64,000 nucleotides of DNA, taken from contig CAMWVR010000002.1 of NCBI GenBank assembly GCA_947177795.1, forward strand, positions 25,764 to 89,763. Direction: 5' to 3'. Origin of the DNA: an uncultured Clostridia bacterium. Its GTDB lineage: Bacteria > Bacillota > Clostridia > Christensenellales > UBA3700. The notes under the pieces are model-generated. The model ran no database searches and was not told where the DNA came from. It saw only the letters and a list, made by a program, of their open reading frames with translations. Positions 36,932 to 47,911 of this stretch are shown one piece after another. The stretch's first letter is position 1; each line of letters begins with the position of its first letter. The position numbers and the translations under genes are program-made.

Positions 36932-37675
36932 ATGAAAAATAAAAAGCTATTGGCTATTTTATTGTTAATACTTGCCATTATAGTGTCGCTAGCTGGGTGT
37001 GATGGCGACAAAAAGATTAATTACGGCATAGATATTGTCGTTAATGGAAGTTTATGCGCAGTATATGATTATGATTATTATGATGAACTTTCACAACAGC
37101 AAAGAGACAGTATTGAATCTTCGCTTGAGAAAATTGGGTATAAGTTTATGGGCTTGTTTTTGCGCAATGGATATACTGAGACTTATTGTACAAAAGAAAA
37201 TGGAAGAATACGCATAGTAATTCTAAGTGACGATGCACCGGAAAAAATATTAGATTTGATTAGTTTGATAACATTAGAGTTCAAAGAGTATGTTGACGGC
37301 GCAGACGGAGACTGTTCTTTTGACGATATTAACAGCGTAGTTAAACTTGATTCAAAAATTACGTCCGCAGATATTAAATATGTCACCGTAGTCTATGATT
37401 CAGACTATGATTTTTATAAGTTAGAGCTCATCTTCACGGAGGAGGGTACTAAAAAAATGCAAATAGTTACGAGTGCTTTAGTCGATAGGAGAATATCAAT
37501 TTGGATAAATGATGAGTTTATCCTGGCACCGACTGTAAACAAGATGAGTGAGAATAGTAAGGTCTTTATCAGTGGCAATTATAGTTACGACAATGCTTAT
37601 GAGCTGGCTATAAGAATTCAAACAGCTCTTATATCTTCAAGATTTATAATAAAGACAGGTAACGTATTAAAGTAA
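36932..37675 (+). CDS. Hypothetical lipoprotein; the C-terminal part weakly resembles a SecD/SecF periplasmic head
   Basis: 247 aa with lipobox SLAGC-DGD. The segment RISIWINDEFILAPTVNKMSENSKVFISGNYSYDNAYELAIRIQ resembles the SecD P1 pattern. This is a weak assignment from memory. Confidence 0.6.
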   Translation: MKNKKLLAILLLILAIIVSLAGCDGDKKINYGIDIVVNGSLCAVYDYDYYDELSQQQRDSIESSLEKIGYKFMGLFLRNGYTETYCTKENGRIRIVILSDDAPEKILDLISLITLEFKEYVDGADGDCSFDDINSVVKLDSKITSADIKYVTVVYDSDYDFYKLELIFTEEGTKKMQIVTSALVDRRISIWINDEFILAPTVNKMSENSKVFISGNYSYDNAYELAIRIQTALISSRFIIKTGNVLK

Positions 37676-37841
37676 ACAACTTAGCATAATTTAGTTCGAC
37701 TTATGACCGGCTAATAATCAAGCGCCTTGTTTATTATATTATAATATTATAATAATTTTAAGAATTTTTATATATCTACTTGTCAAATTGACAATAATCA
37801 TTTATTATGAATATAAACGAATATCTTTCAAGGGGATAACC

Positions 37842-39956
37842 ATGAAAAGTAAAAAACTCTTAATTATCATGTTGATTGCGCTTGTTGCCTTGGCGGCCTT
37901 GACAGGCTGCAACAGCAACAAAGTCGATTATGACAGCGAAATCGTCGTCAACGGCGGATTTGAAAACTACAATTCGCAAGATATGATTGCCGACGGCTGG
38001 ACTATCAAATCGGGCACTACCGTCAATTGGGTACGCAACGATTCTCAAGCAAGCGAATACGATTCTGCGCTTGGCAAGTATTATATGCGTCTCAATCCGT
38101 CTTCTTCGGGATTCAACTATATATCTCAAAAAGTCAGATTGGAGAAGAACGCTATCTACAAGTTGTCGGCTTATATGAAAGTCGATTCCGTAAGTTCTTC
38201 CGCAGGCGTATATATCAACGGCGCAATCGAGACTGTCGGAGTCGTATCGTCGATCACGACTGACGGCTGGACTCAAGTTTCGCAATACTTCACTTCGACG
38301 ATAAGCGGAGAAGTAGAGTTGTTGGCGGCGGTAGGCAGCGAGAGCGTCAACAGCACGGGCAACGTTTCTTTCGACAATATTTCAATACAAAAAGTCGAGA
38401 GCGCTCCCGATGACGAAGAGTTGGTAATACTCCGCATGAAAGAAGGCTACGATATGGCTGACGGCGGATCTATTACTTTCGTAGTAATGTTCACGCTCAT
38501 TTCTGCGGGAATAATCGTCGGCATGTTCTTTATGATTAAGAGCATTCTTCAAAACAAAGTGGGTATGCATCCCAACGACGGCGTGACGGGCGGGGACAAG
38601 TTCCTCAACGCAATGACGGGCAACACCGCCAAGTTCATATACGTGCTTCTCGTAGCTTTCGTCGTGAGATTTATCACGGTGCTTGCGACGGCGGAAGGCA
38701 ATTACGTCACAGATGCAATGGTCAATCTTGCAAAAGGCGTTGCCGACAATGGAATTTTGTCGTATTATTCTGGCTACGTCTATGACTCGCAGGGTGTCGT
38801 ATGGCTCATGGGAATACTAGGTTTTCTTGGCAAAGCGCTCAATATGGAGGACGTAGGTTATGCCATTTTGGTGAGAATGCCCATGATGATAGCCGACTTG
38901 ACGATATGCTATATGCTTTTCTCATGCGCAGCAAAATATCAGAATGAGAGAATGGCTACGACCTACGGCTTTATCTACGCTATCTTGCCGGTATTCTTCG
39001 TATTCGGCAGTCTCTACGGTTCGGTACACGTCATCGGTATGGCATTCTTAGTGGCAATGGCTCTGTCGATGTTGCAAAAGAAATACGTATCTACGGGAAT
39101 ATTCTATACGTTGGCGCTGTTCTTCAGCAATTATGCATTGATACTTTTGCCCGTAATACTTTTGTATCAAATCTACGCTATCGTCACAGATAAGTCTTCT
39201 ATCGTCAAAAACGCCGTTACTATGGCGGCATGCTTTGTCGTGTTCTACTTGATCTCTTTGCCGTTGTGCTGGAGCGAAGTGGCAAAGGGAGACGTCTTCT
39301 GCGTATTCTCGAAGATGTACGCATTCTTTGCGTCGGCAAATTCAAAACTTTCCGACAATGCTTTCAACCTTTACGCTATCTTTGCGGCAGGCAGCAAGAT
39401 AAGACCCGACAATCTTTTCCTCGATATATGCAATTGGCTCTTCGTCATTGCGATGAGCGCGTACGTCGTATATCACTATATCAGGACTGCCAACAGACTC
39501 GATCTCGTGTTGCTCTCGGGCGTAATGCTGGTGGCTTACGGCGCAATCGGAGCGCAGGGCAATATCGACGTTTTGCCAATGGGATTGGTACTCATACTCA
39601 TGTATCTCATCATCACTCCCGACATCAGGCTTTATATCGTCGGCGGAACGCTTGCAACGCTGTCATTCCTCAATATGGCGCAGTTGCTGTCAAGAAGCGG
39701 ATTTATCAGCGGAGTAGACAATGCGGCTTTGCTTGACTTTGAAGGCAAGAATGCATTCTTGATAATCTTCAGTATTTTGACTGTGTTTGCGACGTTCTAT
39801 TTGCTTTACGTCGCAGTGGATATGACTTTGGCGTCCAACGTCAAACTCATCGAAAAAGAAAGAGATATATCCGACGGAACGAAAGACGAAGTGAGCGTAA
39901 CTTCGGACGCAAAACCGCAAAAGACCAATTCAAAGAAAAAAGCTAAAAAGGCTTGA
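37842..39956 (+). CDS. Lipobox-containing fusion protein: N-terminal CBM4/9-like beta-sandwich plus a polytopic (about 12 TM) GT-C-like membrane domain
   Basis: ATG at 37842 with lipobox ALTGC-NSN. The pattern VVNGGFENY...GWT...NWV...VSFDNISIQKV is typical of carbohydrate-binding/galactose-binding-like modules. The remaining roughly 500 aa are hydrophobic helices with an SDNAFNLYA loop reminiscent of GT-C glycosyltransferases, ending in a K-rich tail. Confidence 0.6.
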   Translation: MKSKKLLIIMLIALVALAALTGCNSNKVDYDSEIVVNGGFENYNSQDMIADGWTIKSGTTVNWVRNDSQASEYDSALGKYYMRLNPSSSGFNYISQKVRLEKNAIYKLSAYMKVDSVSSSAGVYINGAIETVGVVSSITTDGWTQVSQYFTSTISGEVELLAAVGSESVNSTGNVSFDNISIQKVESAPDDEELVILRMKEGYDMADGGSITFVVMFTLISAGIIVGMFFMIKSILQNKVGMHPNDGVTGGDKFLNAMTGNTAKFIYVLLVAFVVRFITVLATAEGNYVTDAMVNLAKGVADNGILSYYSGYVYDSQGVVWLMGILGFLGKALNMEDVGYAILVRMPMMIADLTICYMLFSCAAKYQNERMATTYGFIYAILPVFFVFGSLYGSVHVIGMAFLVAMALSMLQKKYVSTGIFYTLALFFSNYALILLPVILLYQIYAIVTDKSSIVKNAVTMAACFVVFYLISLPLCWSEVAKGDVFCVFSKMYAFFASANSKLSDNAFNLYAIFAAGSKIRPDNLFLDICNWLFVIAMSAYVVYHYIRTANRLDLVLLSGVMLVAYGAIGAQGNIDVLPMGLVLILMYLIITPDIRLYIVGGTLATLSFLNMAQLLSRSGFISGVDNAALLDFEGKNAFLIIFSILTVFATFYLLYVAVDMTLASNVKLIEKERDISDGTKDEVSVTSDAKPQKTNSKKKAKKA

Positions 39957-39966
39957 CAAGGGAAAT

Positions 39967-41499
39967 ATGCTTGCAAAGACCAAGAGTTATGCCCTCAACG
40001 GCGTAGAGGGATATGAAGTCGCAATAGAGGTTGATCTCAACGCAGGTTTGCCTGCCTACGATACCGTGGGCTTGGCGGATACTGCTATCAAAGAGTCAAA
40101 AGAAAGAGTGAGATCGGCTATCAAGAACAGTCTTTTTACCTATCCGATACGCAAGATTACTATCAATCTTGCGCCTGCGGATACCAAGAAAGAAGGCTCG
40201 CACTTCGACCTTGCGATTGCGCTGGGCATACTCATCGCCAACGAAGAGATAGAAAGCGACTCTTACAAAGATTATATTATCCTCGGAGAACTTTCGCTCG
40301 ACGGATCCATTAATTCCATTAGAGGAGTCATGCCGCTGATAATCTCGGCGATTCAAAACGGTCACAGCAAGTTTATCATTCCGTCAAAGAACGCTAAAGA
40401 AGCAAGTTATATTTCGGGAATCGAAGTATACGCATTTGATAAGCTTGCTCAAGTCGTCGACTTCTTGACGGGCAAGAACGAGGTTCAACCGCTCAAGACG
40501 AGCGAGTTCGTATCAATTGCAAACTCAAACAAATACAGCGTCGATTTCTCCGAAGTCAAGGGGCAGTACGTCGCCAAGCGAGCTTTGGAGATAGCCGTCG
40601 CAGGCGGACACAACGTGCTGATGATAGGTCCTCCGGGAGCGGGCAAGACGATGATGGCAAAGTGCGTGCCTACGATAATGCCCGACATGACATTCGAAGA
40701 GGCGATTGAAGTGACCAAGATACATTCCGTCGCAGGTATACTCGACGACAGCGTGGGAATAGTCGTCAATAGACCTTTCCGCACTCCGCACCACACGGCA
40801 ACCGTGCCTGCGCTTATGGGCGGAGGAGCCAACGCCCGACCGGGCGAGATAAGCCTTGCGCACAACGGAGTGTTGTTTCTCGACGAAATGCCCGAGTACC
40901 AAAGGCGGACTTTGGAGACTTTGAGACAGCCGCTCGAAGACGGGACGGCAGTCGTATCGAGAGCAAAACGCACGCTTGAATATCCCGCTAGATTTATGTT
41001 GGTGGCAAGTATGAATCCGTGCCCGTGCGGCAATCTCGGGTCGAAGACTCAACAGTGCAAGTGTACGCCGTCGGAAATTCATAGGTATATATCCAAGTTG
41101 TCGGGACCGTTGCTTGACAGAATAGATTTGCAGATTGAAGTGGACAGCATATCTTACGACGACTTCCGCAGCTCCGTACCCAACGAGAGCAGCGAGGCTG
41201 TCAAGTCAAGAGTGGAAAAGGCAAGAGCTATTCAGCGTAAGAGATATGCGGGAAGCAAAACCAAGACCAACGACGAGATGACCAATGCGCAAGTCAAGAC
41301 ATACTGCGCTCTCGACAAGACGGGCGAGTCGCTGCTGAAGAATGCTTTTACAAAACTCAACTTGACGGCAAGAGCAAGCACGAGAGTATTGAAAGTTGCT
41401 CGCACGATAGCCGACTTAGATGCATCGGAGAACATTTTGTCTAAGCACGTCGCAGAGGCGATACAGTACCGTTCTTTAGACAGAAAGTATTGGGATTGA
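39967..41499 (+). CDS. comM: YifB/ComM-family Mg-chelatase-like AAA+ ATPase
   Basis: 510 aa with a Lon-protease-like N-domain, Walker A (GPPGAGKTM), LFLDEMPE, and a C-terminal ChlI-like domain. Confidence 0.92.
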   Translation: MLAKTKSYALNGVEGYEVAIEVDLNAGLPAYDTVGLADTAIKESKERVRSAIKNSLFTYPIRKITINLAPADTKKEGSHFDLAIALGILIANEEIESDSYKDYIILGELSLDGSINSIRGVMPLIISAIQNGHSKFIIPSKNAKEASYISGIEVYAFDKLAQVVDFLTGKNEVQPLKTSEFVSIANSNKYSVDFSEVKGQYVAKRALEIAVAGGHNVLMIGPPGAGKTMMAKCVPTIMPDMTFEEAIEVTKIHSVAGILDDSVGIVVNRPFRTPHHTATVPALMGGGANARPGEISLAHNGVLFLDEMPEYQRRTLETLRQPLEDGTAVVSRAKRTLEYPARFMLVASMNPCPCGNLGSKTQQCKCTPSEIHRYISKLSGPLLDRIDLQIEVDSISYDDFRSSVPNESSEAVKSRVEKARAIQRKRYAGSKTKTNDEMTNAQVKTYCALDKTGESLLKNAFTKLNLTARASTRVLKVARTIADLDASENILSKHVAEAIQYRSLDRKYWD

Positions 41500-41505
41500 G
41501 GATAT

Positions 41506-42525
41506 ATGACGTATAGCAACGACCAAAAAGCTTTGATAATGCTTTCGACCCTCGAGGGGTATAACTTGAGAAGAAAACGCTTTGAGAGCGTAGACAGACC
41601 TTGCGAGTTATACGACGACTATACCGTCGCAGACAATATGATCGCAAAAATGGAGAAGTCGGGCGTCAAAGTCATTACGATAATCGACGAAGATTATCCC
41701 GAGTCGCTCAAAGAAATCTACGATCCGCCTTATACGCTATACTATCAAGGCGACAAGAGCCTTCTTTGCAGCAAAGACCTTCTTGCCGTCGTGGGTACGA
41801 GAAGAGTGAGCGCTTACGGCAAGAATATAATGCAAAACTTTGCGCCTGCTTTCATCAGGTCGGGATTTAAGATAATCAGCGGACTTGCAAGAGGCGTGGA
41901 CAGCATTGGACATAAGATAAGTTTGGAAAATAATTCGCCGACGGTAGCAGTCGTCGCAAACGGATTGGATATATGTTATCCGCCCGAAAATGCAGATATG
42001 CAAAGAAGAATTGCTCAGACGGGATTGGTGATAAGCGAATATCCTATGGGAGCCAAGCCGCTGCAATTTCACTTTCCCGAACGCAATCGCATTATCAGCG
42101 CGCTTTCGCAAGGAGTGTTTATCCCCGAGGCGGGAGACAGAAGCGGGTCGCTCATCACGGCGGACTATGCGATCGAGCAAGGCAGAGAACTATTCGTCGT
42201 ACTCGGCAGTATATTCTCTCAGCAAAGCGTAGGTTGCAACAAAAAGATAAGAGAACTGCAAGCGATAATCACGCTTACTCCCGAAGACGTGATAGACGTA
42301 TTGGGGAAGACCGTAAGGAAAAACGACGCAAAGATAATTCAGCTTGATTTTGCTTCGCAAGCAATAATAGATATACTCAAAGACGGCGCTCTTCACTTTG
42401 ACGAGATACTCCAGAAGTCGTCGATGAATATAGCCGATCTGTCGGGCATATTAACCCAATTGGAGATATTGGGATTAATAAGAAAATTACAGGGAAATAA
42501 TTTTGAAATCATACCTCTAATATAA
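41506..42525 (+). CDS. dprA: DNA-processing protein DprA (Smf)
   Basis: 339 aa with a Rossmann-like core: AVVGTRRVSAYG, SGLARGVDSIGH, RNRIISALS and GSLITADYAIEQGRE. Confidence 0.92.
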   Translation: MTYSNDQKALIMLSTLEGYNLRRKRFESVDRPCELYDDYTVADNMIAKMEKSGVKVITIIDEDYPESLKEIYDPPYTLYYQGDKSLLCSKDLLAVVGTRRVSAYGKNIMQNFAPAFIRSGFKIISGLARGVDSIGHKISLENNSPTVAVVANGLDICYPPENADMQRRIAQTGLVISEYPMGAKPLQFHFPERNRIISALSQGVFIPEAGDRSGSLITADYAIEQGRELFVVLGSIFSQQSVGCNKKIRELQAIITLTPEDVIDVLGKTVRKNDAKIIQLDFASQAIIDILKDGALHFDEILQKSSMNIADLSGILTQLEILGLIRKLQGNNFEIIPLI

Positions 42526-42535
42526 AGGAGCGGAG

Positions 42536-44677
42536 ATGAAACTTATAATCGTGGAGTCGCCACACAAGGCGAAGACAATATCAAAGTATTTAGGCGGCGG
42601 TTACCATGTGGTAGCCTCCAAAGGACACGTCAGCGACTTGCCCCAAAAGACGATGGGTATTGACGTCAACAACAACTTCAAGCCTGAGTATATCGTCAGT
42701 CCCGACAAGCAGGCGACGATTGATATGATAAAAAAAGAGATCGAGAAGTGCGATACCGTATATCTCGCAGCCGACCCCGATAGAGAGGGAGAGGCTATAT
42801 CGTGGCACCTTGCCAACGTCTGCGGCATTAACGAAAAGAACGTGAGAATCGTGTTCAACGAGATATCCAAAAAAGCCGTGTTAAAAGCTTTGGACAACCC
42901 TAGAGAAATCAATATGGGACTTGTCGACGCCCAACAGGCGAGAAGAGTTCTTGACAGACTTATGGGTTATGAGCTTTCTCCTATCATATCCCGTCAGATA
43001 AAGAGCGGTTTGTCGGCAGGCAGAGTTCAGTCCGTCGCTCTCAAAATGGTGGTGGACAGAGAAAGAGAAATAAGAGATTTCAAGCCGCAAGAGTATTGGA
43101 CAATCAGCGCTCAACTCGTCAAAGACAAGACGGCGGCAGGCGACAAGAAAAAGAATTCTTTCAAGTGCGAATTCGTAGATATCGACGGCAAAAAGGTCAA
43201 AGTGACTTGCAAAGAGCAAGCCGACGAAGTTATCGGCGGCAGCAAGGCGGGCAAGTGGCTCGTCGACAACGTCAAGAGAGCGCAGTCTTTCTCAAAACCC
43301 GCTCCGCCATTCACAACCTCGACTATGCAGCAGGACGCAATTTCCAAGCTCGGTTTCAGCGCGTCGATGGTTACGCAGATTGCGCAGAGACTTTACGAGG
43401 GCGTGGAGATACAGGGCGAAGGTCAAGTTGCGCTCGTCACTTATATCCGTTCGGATAGCGTGAGAGTATCCGCCGACGCTCAAAGAGAAGCTCTTGAATT
43501 TATCGACCAAAATTACGGCAAGGATTATTGTCCCAAAAAGCCTAACGTATACGCCACGGGATCGGGAGCGCAAGACGCTCACGAGGCAATCAGACCGATT
43601 ACGCTTGCCCGTACCCCCGAGTCTTTGAAAGACAAACTCGCGCGTAACGATTATAAACTATACAAATTGATATACGACAGATTCGTAGCGTCGCAAATGG
43701 CAAACGCCGTATACGATACTTTGACGGTGCATATCGTATCGCAAAGCGACAAGAATTACGGATATACGCTCAAAGGCAAGGTATGCGTATTCAAGGGATT
43801 TACGCAGGCATATCAGAGCAATACCGAAAAGGAAGAAAGCAGCAAAGAACTGCCAAATCTCAACGAGGGAGAAGAACTCACTCTCAAAGATATCGCAGGC
43901 GAACAGAAATTTACGAAACCGCCTCAAAGATATACCGACGGCTCATTCATCAAGGCTATGGAAGAAAACGGCATAGGCAGACCGTCGACCTTTGAGAAGA
44001 CTATTACGGTGCTTTATAAGCGTACCTATATCGAAAAAGACGGCAAGTTCATGAAACCCACCGAGCTTGGCGAAATAGTCGTCGACCAACTCGTCAAAGA
44101 TTTTTCCGAGATCATGGACACGCAGTTCACGGCGGATATGGAGAAAAATCTTGACAAGATAGAAGAGGGCAACATCAAGTGGTACGAGGTCATCGCCGAC
44201 TTTTACGGAGACTTCCACAATAAGGTGCTTGCCGTGAAGTATCAAGGTAACAAGGTTAAGCCCAAAGCAGAAGAGTCCGACGTGATATGCGACAAGTGCG
44301 GAGCAAGAATGATAATCAGGGATTCCAAGTACGGCAAGTTCTTGGCGTGTCCCAATTTCCCCAAGTGTCGCAATACCAAGTCGCTCAGCGAAGCAGTTGC
44401 GGTATGTCCGCAATGCGGAGGAGACGTATTTAAGAAGATATCCAAGAAAGGCGCTACTTTCTTCTCTTGCAATAATTATCCGACTTGCAAGTTCATATCT
44501 TGGGATTTGCCTGCGCCTCAACTTTGTCCCGATTGCAAGAACGCTATGAAAGTGGTCTTTGGCAAGAGTGGAATAAGATACGTTTGCTCCAACAGAGATT
44601 GCAAACACAGCGAGGACGTCGAAGAGAGCAAAGTGCCCGAAGTCATCAAGAAGAATAAGGAAAAGAACAAAGAATGA
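42536..44677 (+). CDS. topA: DNA topoisomerase I
   Basis: 713 aa with a TOPRIM start (KLIIVESPHKAKTI), DPDREGEAISWH, the active-site Tyr region (YIRSDS), and three C-terminal CxxC zinc ribbons. Confidence 0.96.
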   Translation: MKLIIVESPHKAKTISKYLGGGYHVVASKGHVSDLPQKTMGIDVNNNFKPEYIVSPDKQATIDMIKKEIEKCDTVYLAADPDREGEAISWHLANVCGINEKNVRIVFNEISKKAVLKALDNPREINMGLVDAQQARRVLDRLMGYELSPIISRQIKSGLSAGRVQSVALKMVVDREREIRDFKPQEYWTISAQLVKDKTAAGDKKKNSFKCEFVDIDGKKVKVTCKEQADEVIGGSKAGKWLVDNVKRAQSFSKPAPPFTTSTMQQDAISKLGFSASMVTQIAQRLYEGVEIQGEGQVALVTYIRSDSVRVSADAQREALEFIDQNYGKDYCPKKPNVYATGSGAQDAHEAIRPITLARTPESLKDKLARNDYKLYKLIYDRFVASQMANAVYDTLTVHIVSQSDKNYGYTLKGKVCVFKGFTQAYQSNTEKEESSKELPNLNEGEELTLKDIAGEQKFTKPPQRYTDGSFIKAMEENGIGRPSTFEKTITVLYKRTYIEKDGKFMKPTELGEIVVDQLVKDFSEIMDTQFTADMEKNLDKIEEGNIKWYEVIADFYGDFHNKVLAVKYQGNKVKPKAEESDVICDKCGARMIIRDSKYGKFLACPNFPKCRNTKSLSEAVAVCPQCGGDVFKKISKKGATFFSCNNYPTCKFISWDLPAPQLCPDCKNAMKVVFGKSGIRYVCSNRDCKHSEDVEESKVPEVIKKNKEKNKE

Positions 44678-45978
44678 AAGTCAACGTTATAGGCGGAGGC
44701 TTGGCAGGGTGCGAGTGCGCATATCAACTTCTGAAGAGAGGATTCCAAGTCGATATGTACGAGATGAGAGGAGTCAAGAATACTCCCTGTCACTCGACGG
44801 AGCGCTTGGCGGAACTCGTGTGTTCCAATTCTTTAAAGGCGCAGAGCCTTGACAATGCGTCGGGACTTTTAAAGTACGAGCTTGCAAGACTCGACAGCCT
44901 TATTCTCAAATGCGCTTACGCAAGCGACGTGCCTGCGGGCGGAGCGCTTGCCGTCGACAGAGTCAAGTTGAGCGAGAGCGTGGAAAAAGTCCTCAACGGA
45001 TTTGATTCATTCAAGTTGATAAGACGAGAGATAGAGACGGTAGATTTGAGTTTGCCCACCGTCATTGCCACGGGTCCGCTGACTTCAGACAAAATGGCGA
45101 AGTGGATTGAAGACTTTTTAGGCGGAGAATATCTCAACTTCTACGATGCGGTTGCGCCTATCGTAGACGGAGACAGCATAGATTACGACAAAGCATTTTT
45201 TGCCGCAAGATACGGCAAGGGCGGAGACGATTATCTCAACTGCGCAATGAACAAAGAGCAGTATCTTGCGTTTTACGACGCTTTGATACACGCAGAGAGA
45301 GCAAAACTCAAAGACTTTGAATTTGAGGTATTCGAGAGGTGTATGCCCATAGAAGTCATGGCGTCGAGAGGCGTGGATACCATGAGATACGGTCCGTTGA
45401 GACCCGTAGGCATTCGCAATCCTCACAGCGACGAGAGACCTTATGCGGTGATTCAACTTCGCAAAGAAGACGGCGAGGGAAGCGCATACAATATTGTCGG
45501 CTTTCAGACCAATCTCAAATTCGGGGAGCAAAAGAGAGTATTCTCTATGATACCCGGTCTTGAGAATGCAGAGTTCTTAAGATACGGAGTTATGCACGCC
45601 AATACCTTTATCAACGCTCCCAAAGTATTGGACGGCGCCTTTGGCGTAAAAAATATTCCTTACGTATTTTTTGCGGGTCAGCTGACGGGGGTCGAGGGAT
45701 ATATGGAGAGCGTGGCGAGCGGACTTATGGCAGGTATCAATTTGGCAAGACGGCTGTCGTGCAAATCCGATTTGATTATGCCGGTCACGAGCGTGATAGG
45801 CAGATTGCAAAGGCATATATCCACGCCAAGCGACGATTATCAGCCTATGAACGCAAACTTCGGGATATTGCCGACTTTGGACGACGCTCCGAGGGACAAA
45901 AAGAAACGGAAATTCAAATATTCTTTGCGCGCAATCGGCGACGTAGAGAGTTATCTCAAATCAATAAAGGAGATTTAA
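44674..45978 (+). CDS. trmFO: Methylenetetrahydrofolate-tRNA-(uracil54-C5)-methyltransferase TrmFO (Gid)
   Basis: 434 aa starting [15 protein letters not shown], with LVCSNSLK and GFQTNLK motifs. The start overlaps the topA stop (ATGA). Confidence 0.93.
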   Translation: MKVNVIGGGLAGCECAYQLLKRGFQVDMYEMRGVKNTPCHSTERLAELVCSNSLKAQSLDNASGLLKYELARLDSLILKCAYASDVPAGGALAVDRVKLSESVEKVLNGFDSFKLIRREIETVDLSLPTVIATGPLTSDKMAKWIEDFLGGEYLNFYDAVAPIVDGDSIDYDKAFFAARYGKGGDDYLNCAMNKEQYLAFYDALIHAERAKLKDFEFEVFERCMPIEVMASRGVDTMRYGPLRPVGIRNPHSDERPYAVIQLRKEDGEGSAYNIVGFQTNLKFGEQKRVFSMIPGLENAEFLRYGVMHANTFINAPKVLDGAFGVKNIPYVFFAGQLTGVEGYMESVASGLMAGINLARRLSCKSDLIMPVTSVIGRLQRHISTPSDDYQPMNANFGILPTLDDAPRDKKKRKFKYSLRAIGDVESYLKSIKEI

Positions 45979-45980
45979 TT

Positions 45981-46514
45981 ATGGAAATGATGGGTACTAC
46001 CATTTGCGCGGTAAGGCGCAACGGAAAAATCGCAATAGCCGGCGACGGACAGATTACTATGGGACAGAGCGTCATACTCAAGGGTACGGCGAAGAAAGTC
46101 AAGAGAATATTCGACGACAAAGTCGTCATAGGTTTTGCAGGCAGTGTGTCCGACGCAATATCGCTCAGCGAAAAGTTTGAGAAGATGTTGCAGAAATACA
46201 GCGGTAATCTTATGCGCAGCGCAGTAGAACTTGCCGAACTTTGGAGAGACGACAAGTTGCCGAGAAAGTTGGAGGCAATGATGCTTGTCGCAGATAAAGA
46301 AAACTTGCTTATCGTGTCGGGCAGCGGCGAAGTAATAGACCCCGACGGCGACGCTTGCGCGATAGGCTCGGGCGGCAATTACGCATTGGCAGCGGCAAGA
46401 GCGATGGTCAAGGAGACGGATCTTTCGGCAAAAGAGATTGCATACAAAGCGCTCGTCATTGCAAGCGAGCTTTGCGTCTTCACCAACAACAATATCATTG
46501 TAGAGGAGGTGTAA
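45981..46514 (+). CDS. hslV: ATP-dependent protease subunit HslV
   Basis: ATG at 45981 after AAAGGAG, with the mature N-terminal TTI motif ([12 protein letters not shown]). The track ORF start at 45759 overlaps trmFO and is an extension. Confidence 0.92.
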   Translation: MEMMGTTICAVRRNGKIAIAGDGQITMGQSVILKGTAKKVKRIFDDKVVIGFAGSVSDAISLSEKFEKMLQKYSGNLMRSAVELAELWRDDKLPRKLEAMMLVADKENLLIVSGSGEVIDPDGDACAIGSGGNYALAAARAMVKETDLSAKEIAYKALVIASELCVFTNNNIIVEEV

Positions 46515-46515
46515 T

Positions 46516-47838
46516 ATGAATGATTTTACGCCAAAACAGATAGTTGCAGAACTCGACAGATATATCATAGGTCAGCAAAGCGCAAAAAAAGCGGTGGCAG
46601 TAGCTCTCCGCAACAGATACAGAAGGAGCAGACTTCCCGAGTCTTTGAGAGAGGAGATTTCTCCCAAGAATATTATCATGCAGGGACCTACGGGTGTGGG
46701 TAAGACGGAGATTGCAAGACGTCTTGCAAAACTCGTCAAAGCGCCGTTTATCAAAGTAGAGGCAACCAAGTTTACGGAAGTAGGCTACGTCGGCAGAGAC
46801 GTAGAATCCATGATACGCGACCTTGTCGAGGCGTCTATCAGAATGGTAAGCGAAGAGAAGTCCAAAGAAGTAGAACTTCGCGCAAGAGAGAGAGCCGAGG
46901 AAAAACTCGTGCCTGCAATTACCAAGAAGAGAAAAGAAGCTTATCCAGATTTGACGGACGGTCAGATGAGAGGATATATCTTGCAAGAGATAAGAGAAGG
47001 CAAAGTCGACGATCTCGTCGTCACGCTCGAGTTGCCCGTCAAGCCCAAGCAGCAGACTATCAGCAATCAAGCGGGTATGGAGATAAATATCAACGAACTT
47101 TTCGGGTCTATGATGGGCGGCGGCAAGACCAAGTCCAAGACCGTCACCGTAAAAGAAGCCTTGAAGATACTCATCGAAATGGAAGAGGAAAAACTCATCG
47201 ACCCCGACAACGTCAATGCAGAGGCTATATCGAGAGCGGAAAACGAGGGAATTATCTTCATTGACGAGATTGATAAGATAGCAAGTAAGTCGAGCGGAAG
47301 CGGCGGCGGACACGACGTGTCGAGAGAGGGCGTACAGAGAGATATATTGCCTATCGTCGAGGGTTGTACCGTCAACACCAAGTACGGACAGATCAAGACG
47401 GATCACATTCTCTTCATTGCGGCGGGCGCATTCCACATTTCAAGCGTATCCGATTTGATACCCGAACTTCAAGGTAGATTTCCTATATCCGTCCGTTTGG
47501 ACAGCCTTACGGAAAAAGACTTTGAAGAGATATTGACAAAACCCGACAATGCTATACTCATGCAATATACTGCGTTGCTCGGAGTGGACAATATCAAACT
47601 CAAGTTTACCGCCGAGGCAATCAAAGAACTTGCTAAGATATGCGCGGTGGAGAACGAAAACAAAGAAGACATCGGCGCAAGACGACTTCACACGATGATG
47701 GAGAGTTTGCTTGAAGATATCTCTTACGAGGCTTGCGATTTGAAAGAGACTACTGACGTGACGATAGATAAGTCCTACGTAGACAAGCACTTCGAGAGCG
47801 TCATCAAAAAACTCAATCTAAACAAATATATATTGTAA
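46516..47838 (+). CDS. hslU: ATP-dependent protease ATPase subunit HslU
   Basis: 440 aa with TPKQIVAELDRYIIGQ, GPTGVGKTEIARRLA, IIFIDEIDKI and GARRLHT. Confidence 0.96.
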   Translation: MNDFTPKQIVAELDRYIIGQQSAKKAVAVALRNRYRRSRLPESLREEISPKNIIMQGPTGVGKTEIARRLAKLVKAPFIKVEATKFTEVGYVGRDVESMIRDLVEASIRMVSEEKSKEVELRARERAEEKLVPAITKKRKEAYPDLTDGQMRGYILQEIREGKVDDLVVTLELPVKPKQQTISNQAGMEININELFGSMMGGGKTKSKTVTVKEALKILIEMEEEKLIDPDNVNAEAISRAENEGIIFIDEIDKIASKSSGSGGGHDVSREGVQRDILPIVEGCTVNTKYGQIKTDHILFIAAGAFHISSVSDLIPELQGRFPISVRLDSLTEKDFEEILTKPDNAILMQYTALLGVDNIKLKFTAEAIKELAKICAVENENKEDIGARRLHTMMESLLEDISYEACDLKETTDVTIDKSYVDKHFESVIKKLNLNKYIL

Positions 47839-47873
47839 TAAATAAGAAATATAAAAATTTCAATATCCGTTAC

Positions 47874-47911
47874 GTCATATTGAGCGTAGCGCAGCGGAGT
47901 CGAAATATCTA
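47874..47911 (+). repeat. Type-1 repeat unit upstream of hisS
   Basis: GTCA-TATT-GAG-CGTAGCGCAGCGGAGT-CGA-AATA-TCTA. Confidence 0.88.

Noticed and set aside
45759-45980. N-terminal extension of the hslV ORF (track start at 45759)
   Set aside because: The extension overlaps trmFO in another frame. A proper ATG with AAAGGAG at 45981 gives the canonical HslV N-terminus (..GTTI).
46495-47436. 313-aa ORF antisense to hslU
   Set aside because: It is a shadow ORF opposite a conserved AAA+ gene.
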